In this document: in pieces, positions 61,235 to 64,000 of the stretch
How positions within the stretch are numbered: position 1 is the first letter of the stretch
How the letters are laid out: the number at the start of each line of letters is the position of its first letter
NCBI GenBank assembly: GCA_033764955.1
Contig: JANRIL010000024.1
Coordinates: forward strand, 153,621 to 217,620
Origin: Cyanobacteriota bacterium
GTDB taxonomy: Bacteria > Cyanobacteriota > Cyanobacteriia > Thermostichales > Thermostichaceae
Direction: 5' to 3'
DNA: 64,000 nucleotides
Program-made: the position numbers and the translations under genes
The notes under the pieces: generated by a model
Seen by the model: the letters and a program-made list of their open reading frames with translations, nothing else
Database searches by the model: none
What the model was told of the DNA's origin: nothing

Positions 61235-61915
61235 ATGGCAACGGAAAAGATTCGGGTTTTGTTGGCGGATGATCAGCATCTCTTGCGGCAAGGATTTCGC
61301 GCCCTCCTCAATTTGGAACCGGATATTGAAGTGGTGGGAGAGGCCGAAAATGGTCAGATGGCGGTGGAACAGGTGGCCGCGTTGCAGCCAGACGTTGTGT
61401 TGATGGATATTCGGATGCCCACGATGGATGGTGTGGCGGCCACCCGCCTGATCAAAGAACGCTTCCGTCAAACCCATGTGCTGATGCTGACCACCTTTGA
61501 TGATGAACAATATGTCAGCGAAGCCCTGCGGGTAGGGGCTTTGGGCTACTTACTCAAAGACACCCCGATTGAAGAGTTGGCACAGGTGATCCGTTCCATT
61601 GCCAAAGGCTACAGTCAATTTGGCCCAGGTTTGCTGCAAAAAGCTTTTTCTAGGGTGACCGCTCCCCCACAACCGCTCCCGCCACTCCCCCCCGGCTTTG
61701 AGGAATTGACCAGCCGTGAAAAAGAGGTGCTGCGCCTGATTGCGGCGGGATCCAGCAACCGCGAAATCGCCCAAACCCTTTATATTTCTGAGGGCACTGT
61801 CAAAAATCATGTAACCAGTATTTTGGGACGCTTGCAACTGCGGGATCGCACCCAGGCCGCCATTTTTGCCAACTCAGTTCTAGCATTGCTACAAGCCGAT
61901 TCCCCCCATTCTTAA
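61235..61915 (+). CDS. NarL-family response regulator
   Basis: LLADDQ, LMDIRMP, LTTFDD, YLLKD, LTSREKEVL, TVKNHV. Confidence 0.93.
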   Translation: MATEKIRVLLADDQHLLRQGFRALLNLEPDIEVVGEAENGQMAVEQVAALQPDVVLMDIRMPTMDGVAATRLIKERFRQTHVLMLTTFDDEQYVSEALRVGALGYLLKDTPIEELAQVIRSIAKGYSQFGPGLLQKAFSRVTAPPQPLPPLPPGFEELTSREKEVLRLIAAGSSNREIAQTLYISEGTVKNHVTSILGRLQLRDRTQAAIFANSVLALLQADSPHS

Positions 61916-61959
61916 ATCCTCCTCATACCTAATCCTCAGACCACCATGAGATCACCCCT

Positions 61960-62754
61960 ATGCAACAACGGATCCCTTTAGCGCTACGGTTAGTCAGCTA
62001 TGGCATTTATGGCTTTCTTTATTTGCCGATTTTGCTGATTGTAATTTATTCCTTTAATAAGGCTCGCTTTGGCCTAGTCTGGACTGGTTTTACCCTAGAT
62101 TGGTACGCCAAATTGTTTCAAAACGAGCTATCTTTAGCCGCTACTCAAAATACGGTGATCTTGGCGGTGGTCAGCACTTTCATTAGCACCCTATTGGGAT
62201 CCCTATTGGGTTATGGATTGCACCGTTATCACTTTCCCGGCAAACAGATCTTTCAGGTGGTGATGTACCTACCCGTGGTGATTCCTGATATTGTCATGGC
62301 GATTGCCCTGCTCTTGTTTTATAAGTTTGTTCGTTACTATACGGGTTTGTTTGAGTTGGGCATGAGTACGATGATTTTGGCGCATGTGACCTTTCAGATT
62401 TCCTTTGTGGCGATTGTGGTACGCAGCCGTCTTTTAGCCCTCGATCCGGCGCTAGAAGAAGCCGCCCACGATCTCTATGCCAACAGTTGGGATACGCTGC
62501 GTTTTGTTACTTTGCCTCTGATCATGCCGGGAGTGGTGGCGGGGGCGCTGCTGGCTTTTACGCTGTCGGTGGATGATTTTGTCATCTCGTTTTTTACCAG
62601 TGGTCCCCAAAGTACGACATTGCCGATTTTGATCTATAGCAGTGTGCGGCGCGGGGTCACCCCCGAAATTAACGCCCTCTCGACATTGATTGTCTTGGTA
62701 ACGATTGTGGCGGTGGTGGGAAGTACCTGGCTGAGTCAGAAGAAACAAGCGTAA
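61960..62754 (+). CDS. potC: Polyamine ABC transporter permease (PotC-like)
   Basis: FLYLPI..YSFN, GFTLDWY, PDIV, AH.TF, LEEAA.DL.A, FTLS.DDFVISFF, TPEINALST. Confidence 0.88.
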   Translation: MQQRIPLALRLVSYGIYGFLYLPILLIVIYSFNKARFGLVWTGFTLDWYAKLFQNELSLAATQNTVILAVVSTFISTLLGSLLGYGLHRYHFPGKQIFQVVMYLPVVIPDIVMAIALLLFYKFVRYYTGLFELGMSTMILAHVTFQISFVAIVVRSRLLALDPALEEAAHDLYANSWDTLRFVTLPLIMPGVVAGALLAFTLSVDDFVISFFTSGPQSTTLPILIYSSVRRGVTPEINALSTLIVLVTIVAVVGSTWLSQKKQA

Positions 62755-64000
62755 ACTACCCGACGCTCATGCTAGGCATAGGGCGCGCGGGCTTTCAATA
62801 GCCCTGCATCATCCCTGTCCAAGGAACAGAAAAGACGCGAACCTTCAGGCTGGTTTACAGCAGCCCCCCATTTTGCAATATTGACCGCACCATTATAGTC
62901 AGCGTCACCATGCCAGCCACAGTTACCACACTTAAAACCCTTACCTTGTCTGTCTCCCAAATAGTTGCAAACATGGCAAGTCTTGCTGGTGTAGGCAGGT
63001 GGAATCAGAATCACTTGGACTCCATCTCGCCGTGCTTTGTAATCAATAAACTGGCGCAGTTGGTAAAAGCTCCAGCTATTGCTACGCCGCCTCTCTGTAC
63101 TACTTCTAGGCTGTTGGTTAGTGCGCTCTCTTATTCCCGTCAACTCTTCCAGAGCAACAGACTCTCCAGATTGCTTGGCTCTTTTGACGATACGATGCGA
63201 GACGGTGTGATTGACCCAAGCTGCAAATCTCCGCTCTCTACCAGACAGCCGTTGCAAGATTTGACGGCATCTACGCCGACTAGATCTTGTGCCCTTACTG
63301 GCCCTTTTCTGGAGCGACCTTCTCAGCTTGGCGTGATTTTCTCTCACGCGGTTGATGTTTTGGTTGGCGTGTTTTTCCCCTTCAGAAGTAACCGCAATAT
63401 CGGTTCTACCCAAATCCACTCCCAAAACATTTGGATTTACCAGAGGGTCAGGAGTTTCTTGTTCCCAACAGATTTGCAGATAGTAGTCTCCATTCGTTCT
63501 TTTGACCAAGGTGGCTCCAGTAGGCTTAGAGCCTTTGAGCATCCCTCGTTGGTAGTTGCCAATGTCCAAAGGCATTCTTTCTCTCCCCCCAATCAGGGTA
63601 AGGCTCACACTCCAATCCTTCTCAAAGAAGGAAAAAATTCGAGCGTCGTATCCGGCACTGGTAGCCTTGAATGCCTTAACGGGACGATTTTTCTGTTTGG
63701 CAGTTTTACGGTTGGCTGCGACACGCCGACATACCTGTTGAGCAAGGTTGCTCGACAGGTTAAAGCGGTTGCGAACTTCGTAATAGACCAGGCTTTGCAA
63801 TTTCACCGAGTTCATGACCTTGGCTGGCGTATTCTGGTTTACCCAGTTACACGCTTCCGCAAACGAGTGCAAAGTGACCTCAAGTTTTTGAGCTTGTGTC
63901 TCGCTAGGCTTGAGTTTGCAGGATATAGTCAGGACTTGATTCATAGCCCCATTCTACTTCATGAGAATCTGTGGTGATGCCTAGAGACTTATTGCTCGTC
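62751..64000 (-). mobile_element. IS200/IS605-family element carrying tnpB (left end not resolved)
   Basis: tnpB gene; right-end hairpin and terminal GGGTAGTTTAC ending at 62751; no tnpA within the window. Confidence 0.75.
62772..63944 (-). CDS. tnpB: RNA-guided endonuclease TnpB
   Basis: RuvC I GVDLG, RuvC II ALEEL, WSFYQL..I.YKA, P.YTSK.CHVC..CGNC zinc finger, RuvC III DAD.NGA.NI. Confidence 0.94.
   Translation of the reverse strand: MNQVLTISCKLKPSETQAQKLEVTLHSFAEACNWVNQNTPAKVMNSVKLQSLVYYEVRNRFNLSSNLAQQVCRRVAANRKTAKQKNRPVKAFKATSAGYDARIFSFFEKDWSVSLTLIGGRERMPLDIGNYQRGMLKGSKPTGATLVKRTNGDYYLQICWEQETPDPLVNPNVLGVDLGRTDIAVTSEGEKHANQNINRVRENHAKLRRSLQKRASKGTRSSRRRCRQILQRLSGRERRFAAWVNHTVSHRIVKRAKQSGESVALEELTGIRERTNQQPRSSTERRRSNSWSFYQLRQFIDYKARRDGVQVILIPPAYTSKTCHVCNYLGDRQGKGFKCGNCGWHGDADYNGAVNIAKWGAAVNQPEGSRLFCSLDRDDAGLLKARAPYA

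Noticed and set aside
62910..63977. 355-aa ORF antisense to tnpB
   Set aside because: No recognisable motifs; shadow of a well-supported gene.

Overview
Cyanobacterial chromosome segment (Psb27, ChlM, GUN4, NdhS, ThiC). The palindrome GGGATCCC is very frequent, which points to the Thermostichus / hot-spring Synechococcus-like lineage. Most of the window is housekeeping: urtABCDE, sbp-cysTW, secDF, purD, aroK, a TPP riboswitch with thiC, and two-component systems. The main accessory region is a ~10.5-kb decayed integrative element (~27.3-37.9 kb) anchored at the 3' end of tRNA-Thr(CGT). It carries a tyrosine integrase, mazEF, a family-B DNA polymerase, an XRE-ImmA/IrrE regulator, a NuiA-like protein, an HNH nuclease pair and a GH108 lysis remnant, and its far end is cut by a dead IS1. 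Inside it lies an AT-rich two-gene cassette: a SMEK (restriction-endonuclease-like) domain fused to an APAZ domain, followed by a catalytically inactive short prokaryotic Argonaute. This is a candidate short-pAgo defence system with an effector I do not recognise among the characterised SPARTA/SPARSA/SPARDA types. As given, the effector gene has a frameshift near 32,088. An IS200/IS605-family tnpB element at the right edge appears to supply the stop codon of potC. All family assignments come from motif recognition by eye, not database searches.
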